Below are positions 37,223 through 47,298 of a stretch of 64,000 nucleotides of DNA, in pieces. A program made the position numbers and the translations under genes. The stretch lies in the NCBI GenBank assembly GCA_964637165.1, contig CAZWVI010000002.1:119470-183469 (forward strand), read 5' to 3'. The DNA comes from an uncultured Planctomycetales bacterium. Lineage in GTDB: Bacteria; Planctomycetota; UBA1135. How positions within the stretch are numbered: the stretch's first letter is position 1; each line of letters begins with the position of its first letter. Under the pieces are notes generated by a model, which made no database searches, was not told the DNA's origin, and worked only from the letters and a program-made list of their open reading frames with translations.

Positions 37223-39370
37223 ATGTTTATTCCATCTGAAGAACACGGGCTTTCATCAAACGCTTGGGCATGGCTGATGGCGGTGCCATTATTGCCACTT
37301 GCTGGATGGTTGTTGCAAGTTTTCTTTGGCCGCAAATTTCCACGCCAAGGCGACTGGTTGCCAACCACCACCATGGCCGCCGCCGCAGGAATTGCCATCT
37401 GGCACTTCATTCAAGTATTGGGCATGCACGCCGAACCGGCCGCCGGTGAATGGTTAGTTAATCATTTATCCAACGCGCCAAGCTGGAAATTCTTTTCGAG
37501 CAATCCTGATTTCACAACCGGTCTTGCTGGATTTAAGGCTGGATTCCTTTACGACAACCTCTCGGCATCATTGCTGGCGATGGTCGCATTGGTTTCCTTC
37601 TTAGTGCATTTATTCTCAGCCGGATATATGCAAGGGGATAGCCGCTACAACATCTTCTTCTCCAACCTGTCGCTGTTTAGTTTTGCGATGTTGGGGCTGG
37701 TACTTAGCGACAATTTATTCTTCTTCTTTGTCTTCTGGGAAATTATGGGTTTGTGCTCTTACTTGTTGATTGGCCACTTGGCCCTCGACAAAAAAGCACC
37801 ACGCCAACAAGCTGCTTGGGCAAGCCTTAAAGCCTTCATGACCACGCGGATTGGCGATGTCTGTTTATTCATCGGTATGATGATGATGTGGAAAGCCTTT
37901 GGCACACTAAGTTTTAGTGGCTTGTACGCCGCCGTTAGTGAACATGTTGCAGCCAACGGTTGGAATGGCTTATCTGCCGATGGTGAAAACCTTCACCTAA
38001 CCGCCGCCGGAGTAATGATGTTCCTCGGTGCAGTTGGTAAATCAGCGCAGTTCCCGCTGCACGTGTGGTTGCCAGATGCCATGGAAGGTCCAACTCCAGT
38101 TAGCGCAATGATCCACGCCGCAACCATGGTTGCGGCCGGTGTTTACCTAACTGGTCGAATCTTTCTGTTGATGTCTCCCGAAGCGCAATTAGTGGTTGCA
38201 CTGATTGGTGGCTTTACCGCCATCTTTGCCGCGACCATTGGTATCACTCAATTCGACATTAAAAAGGTTCTAGCTTATTCAACCATTTCACAACTCGGCT
38301 ACATGATTTGTGCAATCGGAGTTGGCGGAGTCGCGGCCGGCTTATTTCACATGCTAACTCACGCTTTCTTCAAGGCGTGTTTGTTCCTTGGCTCCGGCTC
38401 AGTTATTCACGGCTGCCACCATGAACAAGACATGCGCAAGATGGGGGGCTTACGCAAAAAAATGCCAATCACATGGATAACCATGTTGGTTAGTACTTTG
38501 GCAATTTCAGGCGTACCATTTTTCGCTGGTTACTATTCCAAAGATGCCATCATTGCGAAAACATTAGAACGCAGTATGGTTGAAGGAAGTTGGCTGTGGT
38601 CAGCGCCCTTCTACTTGTTAGTAGCCGCCGCAGCGATTACCGCCTTCTATATGTTCCGTCTGATTTTTATGACCTTCCATGGTGAGGCGCGTAGCCATTC
38701 ATCTGAAGAAGCCCATGAATCACCGTGGACTATGACCGTGCCGTTGATGGTGCTTGGTTTGCTCGCAATTCTCGGTGGAAAGTTCTGGATCTTAGATCCA
38801 CTCCATGCAATTTCTGGTGGGGAGCACCCATGGTTCTTGCACCTAGTCGCCAACCCAATTGGATTTGGTGCCGCGGCCGTGAACGTAACTGAAACTCAAG
38901 TGCACCATGCTCACCATAGTGCAATGATTATTAGTTTGATTGCTGCTGGGACTGGAATCTTGTTGGCCTGCTTGTTCTACCTTTGGAAAGTGTTCAACGC
39001 CGATAAATTGGCCAATGCCCTTGGCGCTTTATACCGCTTAGTATTGGACAAGTATCGCTTCGATGAACTTTACCAAAAGACTTTCATCCGTTGGACTACC
39101 CAGCTAAGTACTTTGCTTTACTGGGTCGACCGCAACATCATCGATGGGGTGGTCAATGGAGTCGGTGCAATCATGCATGGCTTCAGCAAACTCTCTGCCG
39201 CCGCCGATCGCAACATCGTCGATGGTCTAGTTAATTTGGTTGGCGAAACTACGGTTTCCGCCGGCCAACTTGTGCGCCGGTTACAGACCGGCCGCATTCA
39301 GCAATACGCGTACATGACCTTTGTCGGTGTCGCGCTAATCGCCGCAGTCGTTCTGTTGGAACTCATCTAA
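37223..39370 (+). CDS. nuoL: Complex I subunit L
   Basis: WEIMGLCSYLLIG, TRIGD, GKSAQFPLHVWLPDAMEGPTPVSAMIHAATMVAAG, KKVLAYSTISQLG. Confidence 0.96.
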   Translation: MFIPSEEHGLSSNAWAWLMAVPLLPLAGWLLQVFFGRKFPRQGDWLPTTTMAAAAGIAIWHFIQVLGMHAEPAAGEWLVNHLSNAPSWKFFSSNPDFTTGLAGFKAGFLYDNLSASLLAMVALVSFLVHLFSAGYMQGDSRYNIFFSNLSLFSFAMLGLVLSDNLFFFFVFWEIMGLCSYLLIGHLALDKKAPRQQAAWASLKAFMTTRIGDVCLFIGMMMMWKAFGTLSFSGLYAAVSEHVAANGWNGLSADGENLHLTAAGVMMFLGAVGKSAQFPLHVWLPDAMEGPTPVSAMIHAATMVAAGVYLTGRIFLLMSPEAQLVVALIGGFTAIFAATIGITQFDIKKVLAYSTISQLGYMICAIGVGGVAAGLFHMLTHAFFKACLFLGSGSVIHGCHHEQDMRKMGGLRKKMPITWITMLVSTLAISGVPFFAGYYSKDAIIAKTLERSMVEGSWLWSAPFYLLVAAAAITAFYMFRLIFMTFHGEARSHSSEEAHESPWTMTVPLMVLGLLAILGGKFWILDPLHAISGGEHPWFLHLVANPIGFGAAAVNVTETQVHHAHHSAMIISLIAAGTGILLACLFYLWKVFNADKLANALGALYRLVLDKYRFDELYQKTFIRWTTQLSTLLYWVDRNIIDGVVNGVGAIMHGFSKLSAAADRNIVDGLVNLVGETTVSAGQLVRRLQTGRIQQYAYMTFVGVALIAAVVLLELI

Positions 39371-39382
39371 GCGTTTCTCAAA

Positions 39383-40927
39383 ATGCTCGAAAACCACCTA
39401 CTTTCGCTCATCACCTTCATGCCATTAATCGGCATGGTGATGATTCTGATTACCCCGCGCGAGCAAGTCAACGCCATTCGTTGGATTTCCGCTTTAGCCA
39501 CGGGTGCCACTTTAGTGTTGACCACCTACTTATTGTTTGGTCCCTTTGACACTGCAGTTGCAGGAATGCAACTTACGGAAACCGCCAATTGGATTCCGGC
39601 CTTCAACATCAAATATCAATTAGGAATTGACGGCCTCTCATTGCCGTTGGTCTTTCTGTCGACGCTAATTCACTTCATTGCAGTGTTTTCCTCGTGGTCG
39701 ATTAAAAAATCGCCAAAGGGTTATTTCGCATTGTTGATGTTGCTTGAAGTCGGGGTGAACGGAGTATTTGTCGCAACGGACTTCTTCCTGTTCTACGTGT
39801 TCTGGGAAATCATGTTGCTCCCGATGTACTTCCTAATCGGAATTTGGGGTGGCAAACGCCGTGAATACGCAGCAATTAAGTTTTTCCTCTACACCTTGGC
39901 TGGTTCGGTATTAATGCTAATCGCCATGATTGCGGTTTGGCTTAAGTCAGGCGGCTACGACGGCGGAACTTTTGACATCATTGCCTTACAACAAATGGCA
40001 CCGCAATGGGCGGCTGATGCGACCACCTTCTTAGGAATGAAATTCACTACTTGGATTTTCTGGTTCCTATTCATTGGTTTCGCAATCAAAATTCCAGTCT
40101 TCCCATTCCACACCTGGCTTCCAGATGCGCACGTCCAAGCGCCGACCCCGATATCGGTAATTCTTGCGGGCATCTTGCTAAAGCTTGGAGCATACGGAAT
40201 GTTGCGCATCAACTTCCCGCTGGCTCCCGACGCCTTCCACACTTTTGCTTATGCACTAGCAGTGCTTGGAGCGATTAACGTGGTCTATGGCGCATACGTC
40301 GCGATGGGGCAAACCGACTTCAAACGTATGGTTGCCTACTCCTCGGTTAGCCACATGGGTTACTTCCTCGTCGGCGTTGGCGCGATGGGAATTGCCGGGG
40401 TCTCTGACGGCGCCGCATTCACTGCCCTAAACGGCGCAGTACTACAGCTGTTCACTCACGGAACCTCCTCAGCAATGTTGTTCCTCTTGGTAGGTGTGAT
40501 TTACGATCGCGCCCATCACCGCGACCTCAACAACTTCGGCGGCCTTGGTCGCGTGATGCCGTGGTACCTCGGCATGTCCATCGTGGGCTTCTTCGCCGCG
40601 CTAGGCTTGCCCGGCATGAGTGGCTTTATCTCCGAAGCAATGACCTTGATGGGGGCTTACGAAGCCTACCCAGTATTGGTAATCATTAGTACCTTGGGAA
40701 TTTTGATGACCGCGGCCTTTTTGCTTTACGCGATTCAAAGAGTCTTCCTGGGCAACACCCCCGACAAATATTTGGACTACAAAGATTTGTCAGGCCGTGA
40801 ACTTTTCTGTCTAGTTCCATTCGCAGCACTTTGTATTGCAGTTGGAATTTTCCCAACTATCATCTTGGATGTAATGGCCAGTTCACTGGAGCTATTGCAA
40901 ACTAGCTTGATGGTGCAGGTGGGCTAA
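39383..40927 (+). CDS. nuoM: Complex I subunit M
   Basis: FWEIMLLPMYFLI, IKIPVFPFHTWLPDAHVQAPT, KRMVAYSSVSHMG. Confidence 0.96.
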   Translation: MLENHLLSLITFMPLIGMVMILITPREQVNAIRWISALATGATLVLTTYLLFGPFDTAVAGMQLTETANWIPAFNIKYQLGIDGLSLPLVFLSTLIHFIAVFSSWSIKKSPKGYFALLMLLEVGVNGVFVATDFFLFYVFWEIMLLPMYFLIGIWGGKRREYAAIKFFLYTLAGSVLMLIAMIAVWLKSGGYDGGTFDIIALQQMAPQWAADATTFLGMKFTTWIFWFLFIGFAIKIPVFPFHTWLPDAHVQAPTPISVILAGILLKLGAYGMLRINFPLAPDAFHTFAYALAVLGAINVVYGAYVAMGQTDFKRMVAYSSVSHMGYFLVGVGAMGIAGVSDGAAFTALNGAVLQLFTHGTSSAMLFLLVGVIYDRAHHRDLNNFGGLGRVMPWYLGMSIVGFFAALGLPGMSGFISEAMTLMGAYEAYPVLVIISTLGILMTAAFLLYAIQRVFLGNTPDKYLDYKDLSGRELFCLVPFAALCIAVGIFPTIILDVMASSLELLQTSLMVQVG

Positions 40928-40929
40928 TC

Positions 40930-42420
40930 ATGCCTGAAGCAATGTCATACCTAGACGCAATTAAGCACATCTTCCCTGAGCTCGCAATGACTTGCGCTTT
41001 GTGTTTGGTGTTGGTTTGGGAGATGGCCTTTCCGAAACGCAATGGTGAGAAGGCAATTCTTACCTTAGGCTTCTTGGGCATAACTTCGTGGTTGTTAATT
41101 CAACGACTGAATTGGCACCCGGCGACCGTGTTTGGAATGGTGCGAGTCGATTACTTCGCCACTATCTTTAAATTGTTTATTGTCGCCTGCACTGCGTGCG
41201 TGGTGATTTACGACATTCAGGACCGCCGCCACCAAGGTGCCGGCAAAGGCGAAACGTGGTTCCTACTGCTAACTGCATGTTTGGGCAGTTTCTTCCTGGT
41301 TGGCACAACTCACATGTTGTTGCTGTATCTTGGATTAGAAACGCTTGGCTTGTGCTCTTACGCCTTGGCAGGAATTCACAAACGCGATCGCCTCGGAGCC
41401 GAAGCCGCCCTCAAATACGTGATTTACGGGGCGCTGGCCTCGGGGGTCATGTTGTTTGGAATAAGTTTGCTGTATGGATTGAGCGGCTCTTTAGATGTGC
41501 GCGATATGACTTCAATGGTCGCCACACTTTCGGCTGATGGCCGCATTGCTGAACTCTTCCTCCCAACATTAATGTTGTTGGTGGGATTCGGATTCAAGTT
41601 GTCACTGTTCCCATTTCAATGGTGGGCACCAGATGTTTACCAAGGTGTTTCAACTCCGGTTGCGGGCTTTCTAGCAGTTGGTTCAAAAGGTGTCGCCTTA
41701 GCGGCAATGATTAGAATTTTTGCGGTGTTGTTTGGCGAGTTGATTCCGTTGAATAATGGTGTAATCGCTGATGCCGACTTTATGCAAATTCTGATTGTAT
41801 TACTTGGTGTGCTTGCAGCCGTCACAATGATTTTCGGCAACTTGGCAGCTTTACGCCAAGACAATTTAAAGCGCATGTTGGCATATTCGTCAATTGGCCA
41901 CGCGGGATACATGTTGGTCGGAGTAAGTTTAATGACACCGTCCGGCTTTGAAGCGGCCTTGCTTTACGCATTGGTTTACTTTCCAATGACCTTAGGTGCA
42001 TTTGGCGCGATTCAATATTTCGCTAATCAAAGTGGCACAGAAAGTATTAGTGGCCTTAAAGGGCTTGGCTTTAAACACCCAATTGCTGGTGCCGCTACGA
42101 TTGTTTTCTTGGCGGCCTTGACTGGTCTGCCACCAACGGCTGGTTTTGCCGGAAAGTTATATCTCATGACCGCCGCCTGGGATGGTGGCATGTTTGTTTT
42201 GACTTTAATCATTGCCTTGATGTCTGTGGTGTCATTGTTCTACTACTTCCGCATTGCCAAGGCCTTGTATCTTGCGAAAGAGAAAACAACCGCGTCGGTT
42301 GTTTCATTGCCATTAATGAGTGGACTTTTAACTTTGTTAGCCGCCGCCACCATTTACTTCATGGACTTTGATTTGTTAGTTGCAGTTGCTAAGAGTGGTA
42401 TCATTAGCATGAACTTTTAG
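40930..42420 (+). CDS. nuoN: Complex I subunit N
   Basis: EAALKY, FKLSLFPFQWWAPDVYQG, KRMLAYSSIGHAGY, GLPPTAGF.GK. Confidence 0.95.
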   Translation: MPEAMSYLDAIKHIFPELAMTCALCLVLVWEMAFPKRNGEKAILTLGFLGITSWLLIQRLNWHPATVFGMVRVDYFATIFKLFIVACTACVVIYDIQDRRHQGAGKGETWFLLLTACLGSFFLVGTTHMLLLYLGLETLGLCSYALAGIHKRDRLGAEAALKYVIYGALASGVMLFGISLLYGLSGSLDVRDMTSMVATLSADGRIAELFLPTLMLLVGFGFKLSLFPFQWWAPDVYQGVSTPVAGFLAVGSKGVALAAMIRIFAVLFGELIPLNNGVIADADFMQILIVLLGVLAAVTMIFGNLAALRQDNLKRMLAYSSIGHAGYMLVGVSLMTPSGFEAALLYALVYFPMTLGAFGAIQYFANQSGTESISGLKGLGFKHPIAGAATIVFLAALTGLPPTAGFAGKLYLMTAAWDGGMFVLTLIIALMSVVSLFYYFRIAKALYLAKEKTTASVVSLPLMSGLLTLLAAATIYFMDFDLLVAVAKSGIISMNF

Positions 42421-42432
42421 AAATCACTAAAT

Positions 42433-42476
42433 AAAAAAATGGTCAATACCTTTTTAGGGTATTGACCATTTTTTTT
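42433..42476. terminator. Bidirectional intrinsic terminator ending the kor-nuo operon
   Basis: AAAAAAATGGTCAATACC...GGTATTGACCATTTTTTT inverted repeat with A/T tracts on both sides, between convergent genes. Confidence 0.9.
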
Positions 42477-42487
42477 GAGAACAAGCT

Positions 42488-42901
42488 CTAGCGACTGCAG
42501 CGGTGCCCATGCGAGGAGTTCCGCCCGTGCTGGCTCCGCATTTTGCGGTGCATTTTTTGCATTTTCATCATTCCGCGGCGGCCCATTTTTCGACTGCGCA
42601 TTCCATGAACCATGCGGCGCGATCCTTTTTGGCTGCGCATTCCGCGTTGCCCGTGTTGACTGCGTTGCATACCGCGTTGTCCATTACGCATGCGCGACTT
42701 CATACCGCGTTGCTGGCCACCACGCTGCGATTTGCGCGCTTGTTGGCCGCGGCGATTGCCACGATATTGCCGGCCCTCTTGTGCTTGATGGTGCGGTTCA
42801 CAGTCTTGTTTTTCCGCCCGGTGGTGGTGGTGGTGATGCTCTGCTGGCTCTTGAGGAAGCGCCGCACAGGGCATGAAAGCTAGAATTACAGTAATTAACA
42901 T
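42488..42901 (-). CDS. Secreted low-complexity His/Arg/Gly/Met/Gln-rich protein
   Basis: ATG start, signal-peptide-like N-terminus, HHHHHH tract and QRGM repeats; flanked by a terminator. The opposite-strand ORFs look like shadows. Confidence 0.65.
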   Translation of the reverse strand: MLITVILAFMPCAALPQEPAEHHHHHHRAEKQDCEPHHQAQEGRQYRGNRRGQQARKSQRGGQQRGMKSRMRNGQRGMQRSQHGQRGMRSQKGSRRMVHGMRSRKMGRRGMMKMQKMHRKMRSQHGRNSSHGHRCSR

Positions 42902-42948
42902 TTTTTGATGAGGTCCAATGATTATTGGGGGGTGCTAAATAAACCCAC

Positions 42949-44088
42949 CTAGTGGGTGATGGTTTCGCCTGAAATGACCACTTCGGAGTCATTTTCAAGC
43001 AAACGCCCAGGAGCCATTTCATCAACTGAAAGCCCATCACATACAGCATCGGCCAACATTCGCCCGGCGGCCGGTGCGCAGGTAATTCCGTGGCCACCGA
43101 GACCGGCTAACCAATAGGCTCCGTTTACGCGCGGGTCAGGGCCAATTACGAAGCGGCTGTCTTTTGCGAAGGTGCGCATGCCAGCCCACAAAAAGGCAAC
43201 TCCAACATTGGCGAATTGCGGTAGCCAGCGGGCAGTTTTTTTGGCGATCAACTCTAGAACCGAGTTGTCGGCAACTTCACCTTCGTCTGGATTAACAAGG
43301 TCTTGATCGCAGCCCGAAATTAACAGTCCACCACTTTCTGGTCGGAAATAATATTCGTCACCATGAATCCACACCACTGGCCAATCTTCAACGCCAGCAA
43401 TTGCCTCGGTTACTAATAGGTGGCGGCGTTTTGGTGTTAGCGTCAGGTTTAGTGCTGACGCTTCACTCATGCGCTGCGCCCATGCACCGTTAGCGATTAC
43501 GACACGATCACTTTTGATTAGGCTTCCATCGGTTAATAACACGCCGCAAACTTGTCGCTCCTCATGGATTAGCGCGGCAACTTCACAATTTAAGCGCAAT
43601 TCACAGCCCATACTTTTTGCGCCTTGCAAAAATGCCTGGTGGATTGTTGAAAGGTCGAAGACACCTTCGTTTGGCAGAGAAATAACATTTGCCAAAGTGT
43701 CGCTTAAGGCCGGCACACGTTGCTTAAGTTGGTCGGCGCCATCGGCTTGTTGGCCTTTGATGCAAGCGGGGGTCGACGACCACTGCTTAAGATGCCCTTG
43801 GTCTTCAGGGCTTGCCGCTAAAAATAATCCGCAGGTCTTGAATAATTCCCGATCACAAAAGTCGGTTGGGGGATTGCGGTAAAAGTCTAGCGACTCAGTT
43901 GCCAGCGCATGTAAGGCTGGGTCGGACATTGCCGTCCGCAAAATAGCGGCGTTGCGTCCGCTTGAATGGCGGTCGCATGCGTCGTCCTTGTCGATGCAAA
44001 TCACCGCTTCGCCACGCTTAGCTAGGTGCCAGGCTGCGGAAGCACCAGCGATGCCAGCGCCGATTACGATGATTGGTGAGGGGGTCAT
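42949..44088 (-). CDS. FAD-dependent oxidoreductase, DAO/glycine-sarcosine oxidase family
   Basis: IGAGIAG, SSGRNAAIL, VIANGAWA, WAGMR, GLGGHGITCAP. Confidence 0.88.
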   Translation of the reverse strand: MTPSPIIVIGAGIAGASAAWHLAKRGEAVICIDKDDACDRHSSGRNAAILRTAMSDPALHALATESLDFYRNPPTDFCDRELFKTCGLFLAASPEDQGHLKQWSSTPACIKGQQADGADQLKQRVPALSDTLANVISLPNEGVFDLSTIHQAFLQGAKSMGCELRLNCEVAALIHEERQVCGVLLTDGSLIKSDRVVIANGAWAQRMSEASALNLTLTPKRRHLLVTEAIAGVEDWPVVWIHGDEYYFRPESGGLLISGCDQDLVNPDEGEVADNSVLELIAKKTARWLPQFANVGVAFLWAGMRTFAKDSRFVIGPDPRVNGAYWLAGLGGHGITCAPAAGRMLADAVCDGLSVDEMAPGRLLENDSEVVISGETITH

Positions 44089-44132
44089 GGAAAGGGGAGG
44101 TTAAGAACTAACCGCGCCCTTAATCTAATGTC

Positions 44133-45593
44133 GTGATGAAGACTTCAATAGCCCTGTTCCTAGCACTTTTTGCGAGCTCCTTTGGGGCCGCTCAGGCATT
44201 CGCGCAAGCAGCGCCGGCCAGCCCTTCTCAGGATTCTGAGCAGGGATTTGACCAGGAGGCCTTGGACGCAAAAGTCGCCGAAATTTTGCCGCGCGTAGAA
44301 GAATTGCGTGGCTGGAAATTTGACCATAGTGTGCCGGCAGGGGTTAATACCCCAGACGAATTCCTTGAATTCGCCTCGGCCGAATATGAGAGTGAATACG
44401 GCGCCGAGAAAATGAAGGCGATTACTGATGCCTATATCATGTTCGGGCTTTTTGATGAAGGCCAAGATTTGTTAGAGGTTTCGATGGAATTATTGCGCGG
44501 CCAAGTCGGTGGTTATTACGACCCTAAAACTAAAAAGTTTTACATGATGTCAACCTTCAATCAAGGTGGCTTAGCTGACATCATTATGGCGCATGAATTA
44601 ACTCACGCGCTTGATGATCAACGCTTTCATTTAGACGAAATGTTTGCTGAGGCGATGGACCTAAATGACGATGCGGTCTTTGCCTTGCGCGCGGTAGTCG
44701 AGGGTAGTGGCACATCTCTAATGAATTTGTATACGATGCAAGGAATGCTGGCCGGTTATTTGAAAATGGAGCCAGCTGAAATGATGGAAATGATGGAAGG
44801 TGCTTCTGAATCATTGGAAGGCGCGCCACCGTTTTTGATTATGACCATGGCCTTGCCATACCTTGAAGGGAATAAGTTTTTAGTTAAACAGTCAAGCATT
44901 CTGGCAGCGGCGACCATGACTCCCAAGAACGATGATCTTGATCAAGCCTTTAACAACCCGCCGGTTTCATCTGAGCAAGTTTTACATCCGGAGAAATATT
45001 GGGACGCAGACAAATTAGATCTTCCGGTTGAAATAAAGCATCCAGATTACTTAGCAGTATTGCCTGGTGTGCAAACTAATTACACGGCATTAGGAGGCGG
45101 GGTAATTTTTGCCATCATCTTGATGTTGGTTTTGATTCGCAAAAACCCCAGCCTTGCCGGTTTGGCGTGTGCGTCATCTTTGATCATTGCGGTGATTCAA
45201 GCACGTGGTGATTCTTGGGAAATAATGGAGCAAAACACCTTAGGTGAAATTGGTTGCTTTATTTTGACCGCTGACGAATTGCCTAACATGGCAACTGCTG
45301 AAGGTCAGATGGCGACCATGACCAATGAAGCTGCGAGTGGTTGGGGAGGTGATAGTTACACGCTATTAAAAGCTCCCAATGGCGGCCAGTTGATGGTTTG
45401 GGCAACTGTTTGGGATAGCCCAGAAGATTGCGGAGAATTTTCATCAGAGTTTCACATGATGAATGATGAAAATAAATTTATGGTTAATGTTGATGAATAT
45501 GAATCCGCAGTTGTAGTTGCCTACGCGGACGAATTAGCGGCCGAGTACGCCGAACTTGTTTGTCAAAAATTGGCAACCGCAAATAACTTTTAA
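44133..45593 (+). CDS. Secreted zinc metallopeptidase-like protein (HEXXH)
   Basis: Signal peptide, GGYYDPKTKKFY, AHELTHALDDQ, VVEGSG (third ligand), PY.EG..F, SSEQVLHPEKY, TLGE, GWGGD. Confidence 0.72.
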   Translation: MMKTSIALFLALFASSFGAAQAFAQAAPASPSQDSEQGFDQEALDAKVAEILPRVEELRGWKFDHSVPAGVNTPDEFLEFASAEYESEYGAEKMKAITDAYIMFGLFDEGQDLLEVSMELLRGQVGGYYDPKTKKFYMMSTFNQGGLADIIMAHELTHALDDQRFHLDEMFAEAMDLNDDAVFALRAVVEGSGTSLMNLYTMQGMLAGYLKMEPAEMMEMMEGASESLEGAPPFLIMTMALPYLEGNKFLVKQSSILAAATMTPKNDDLDQAFNNPPVSSEQVLHPEKYWDADKLDLPVEIKHPDYLAVLPGVQTNYTALGGGVIFAIILMLVLIRKNPSLAGLACASSLIIAVIQARGDSWEIMEQNTLGEIGCFILTADELPNMATAEGQMATMTNEAASGWGGDSYTLLKAPNGGQLMVWATVWDSPEDCGEFSSEFHMMNDENKFMVNVDEYESAVVVAYADELAAEYAELVCQKLATANNF

Positions 45594-45598
45594 CCAGA

Positions 45599-47269
45599 AT
45601 GATAAGCAACGTACTTTTGGGCAGTTTGCTTTTAACTGTCCAGCTTGAGCAACCCTTGGTTGAAGAGGCTGAAATTAAGCAAGCAGCAGTGGCGACTGCC
45701 GAAGCGCATGCCACTGAAGTGGCCACCCAAATAATGGCCAATGGTGGTAACGCAATTGATGCGGCCGTGGCGGCATCTTTTGCTTTGGCAGTTACCTTTC
45801 CAGCGGCGGGCAATATTGGCGGCGGCGGCTTTATGCTTTATCGCGAACCATCAGGCTTAGTTTGGTTTTTAGATTTTCGCGAAGTCGCACCGGCGGCGGC
45901 CGCCGCGGATATGTATTTAGATGATGCTGGCAAACCGACAAAGAAATTGTCCACTCACGGTTGGAAGGCGGCCGGAGTACCTGGCAGTGTCTTTGGCATG
46001 TATTGGGCGCATCGTGAATGGGGAAAACTTTCTTGGGCTGAGTTGCTTGAACCGGCGATTAAATTGGCGCGCGATGGCTTTCCGGTTTCTGCGCGCGAAC
46101 ACCGAGTCTTAGGTTATTCGGCCAAGTATTTAAAGCGGGATCCTTTAGCGCGCTTGCGTCTTTTAGATGACCAGGGCAATGCTCGACCTGAAGGCTCAAT
46201 TTTGCGGCAGCCGGAATTAGCCGCGACCTTAACTGCGATTGCTGAAGAAGGCCAAGATGCATTTCGCCGCGGAAAAATAATTGAAGAGTTGTTGGCCGCA
46301 TCGGATGCCGGCGGTGGAATTCTTGCCGCACAAGATTTCGAAAATTATCAAGCGCGTATTCGTCCGGTGCAGCGAATCCATTGGAATGGTATGGACATTT
46401 ACGCGCCGACTGCTCCGTCGAGTGGGGGAGTTTTCTTGGAGCAAACTTTGGGCATGTTGAGTCATTTCCAATTGGGCCATTGGGGTTGGGACGACATGCG
46501 TGGCGTGCACGTGCTTGGTGAAGTTGAAGCGCGCGCTTTTTCAGATCGCAATCGTTGGCTAGGTGATCCGGCCAGTTTGGATTTTGATCCGCGACGCTTG
46601 GTCGAGCCTGATTACATTGCGCAAATGGCCGCCAAAATTTCACCGAACCGGGCGACTTTGCCGGCGCAATTACATGCCGGCGAGTGGACTGAATCTGAAG
46701 AGACGACTCACTATTCAGTGATAGGACCAGATGGCGGAGCGGTTTCGGTCACGACCACTTTGAACAGTAGTTACGGTGCCAAGATTATGGCTCCCGGTGG
46801 CTTTTTGATGAATAATGAGATGGACGACTTTGCCGCTAATCCCGGCCAAGCAAACCAATTTGGTTTGGTTCAGGGGGAGTACAACGCGGTGGTTCCTGGA
46901 AACCGTCCCTTGTCTTCAATGTGTCCAACAATTGTGGTGAAGAATGGAGAAGTTGATGCGGTGCTTGGGTCGCCGGGCGGGCCAACTATTTTGACAACCG
47001 TTCTACAAGTTTTGCTTAACCGTTACACCTACGGAATGTCGCCCCGCAAAGCGGTACTGGCACCTCGCTTTCATCGCCAAGACCGCCCTGCCCAAATAAG
47101 TTATGAAGCCCAACGCTTGAGTGTTTCCGGCTTGTCGAAGTTGCGCAGTATTGGGCAAGCAGTGAAGAAGCGCGGCTTACTTGGCGATGTGAATGCGGTG
47201 TTTAGAAGTCGTGGTGGCGAACTCGAAGCGGTCGCCGAGTATGGACTCGGCAAGACTATCGAAATGTGA
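45599..47269 (+). CDS. ggt: Gamma-glutamyltransferase
   Basis: GGNAIDAAVA, GNIGGGGF, DFREVAP, autocleavage ETTHYSV, NNEMDDF, RPLSSM.PT, GSPGG. Confidence 0.93.
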   Translation: MISNVLLGSLLLTVQLEQPLVEEAEIKQAAVATAEAHATEVATQIMANGGNAIDAAVAASFALAVTFPAAGNIGGGGFMLYREPSGLVWFLDFREVAPAAAAADMYLDDAGKPTKKLSTHGWKAAGVPGSVFGMYWAHREWGKLSWAELLEPAIKLARDGFPVSAREHRVLGYSAKYLKRDPLARLRLLDDQGNARPEGSILRQPELAATLTAIAEEGQDAFRRGKIIEELLAASDAGGGILAAQDFENYQARIRPVQRIHWNGMDIYAPTAPSSGGVFLEQTLGMLSHFQLGHWGWDDMRGVHVLGEVEARAFSDRNRWLGDPASLDFDPRRLVEPDYIAQMAAKISPNRATLPAQLHAGEWTESEETTHYSVIGPDGGAVSVTTTLNSSYGAKIMAPGGFLMNNEMDDFAANPGQANQFGLVQGEYNAVVPGNRPLSSMCPTIVVKNGEVDAVLGSPGGPTILTTVLQVLLNRYTYGMSPRKAVLAPRFHRQDRPAQISYEAQRLSVSGLSKLRSIGQAVKKRGLLGDVNAVFRSRGGELEAVAEYGLGKTIEM

Positions 47270-47298
47270 CCCATTAATTGGGGTCAGAGTCTGGAGCT
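47267..47298. repeat. REP-like palindromic repeat, copy 1
   Basis: TGACCCATTAATTGGGGTCAGAGTCTGGAGCT; 28/32 identical to 50933-50964; hairpin TGACCCA-N5-TGGGGTCA. Confidence 0.8.

Noticed and set aside
42475-42883. Plus-strand ORFs 42475-42876 and 42503-42883
   Set aside because: These are antisense shadows of the low-complexity minus-strand gene, and one begins inside the terminator.
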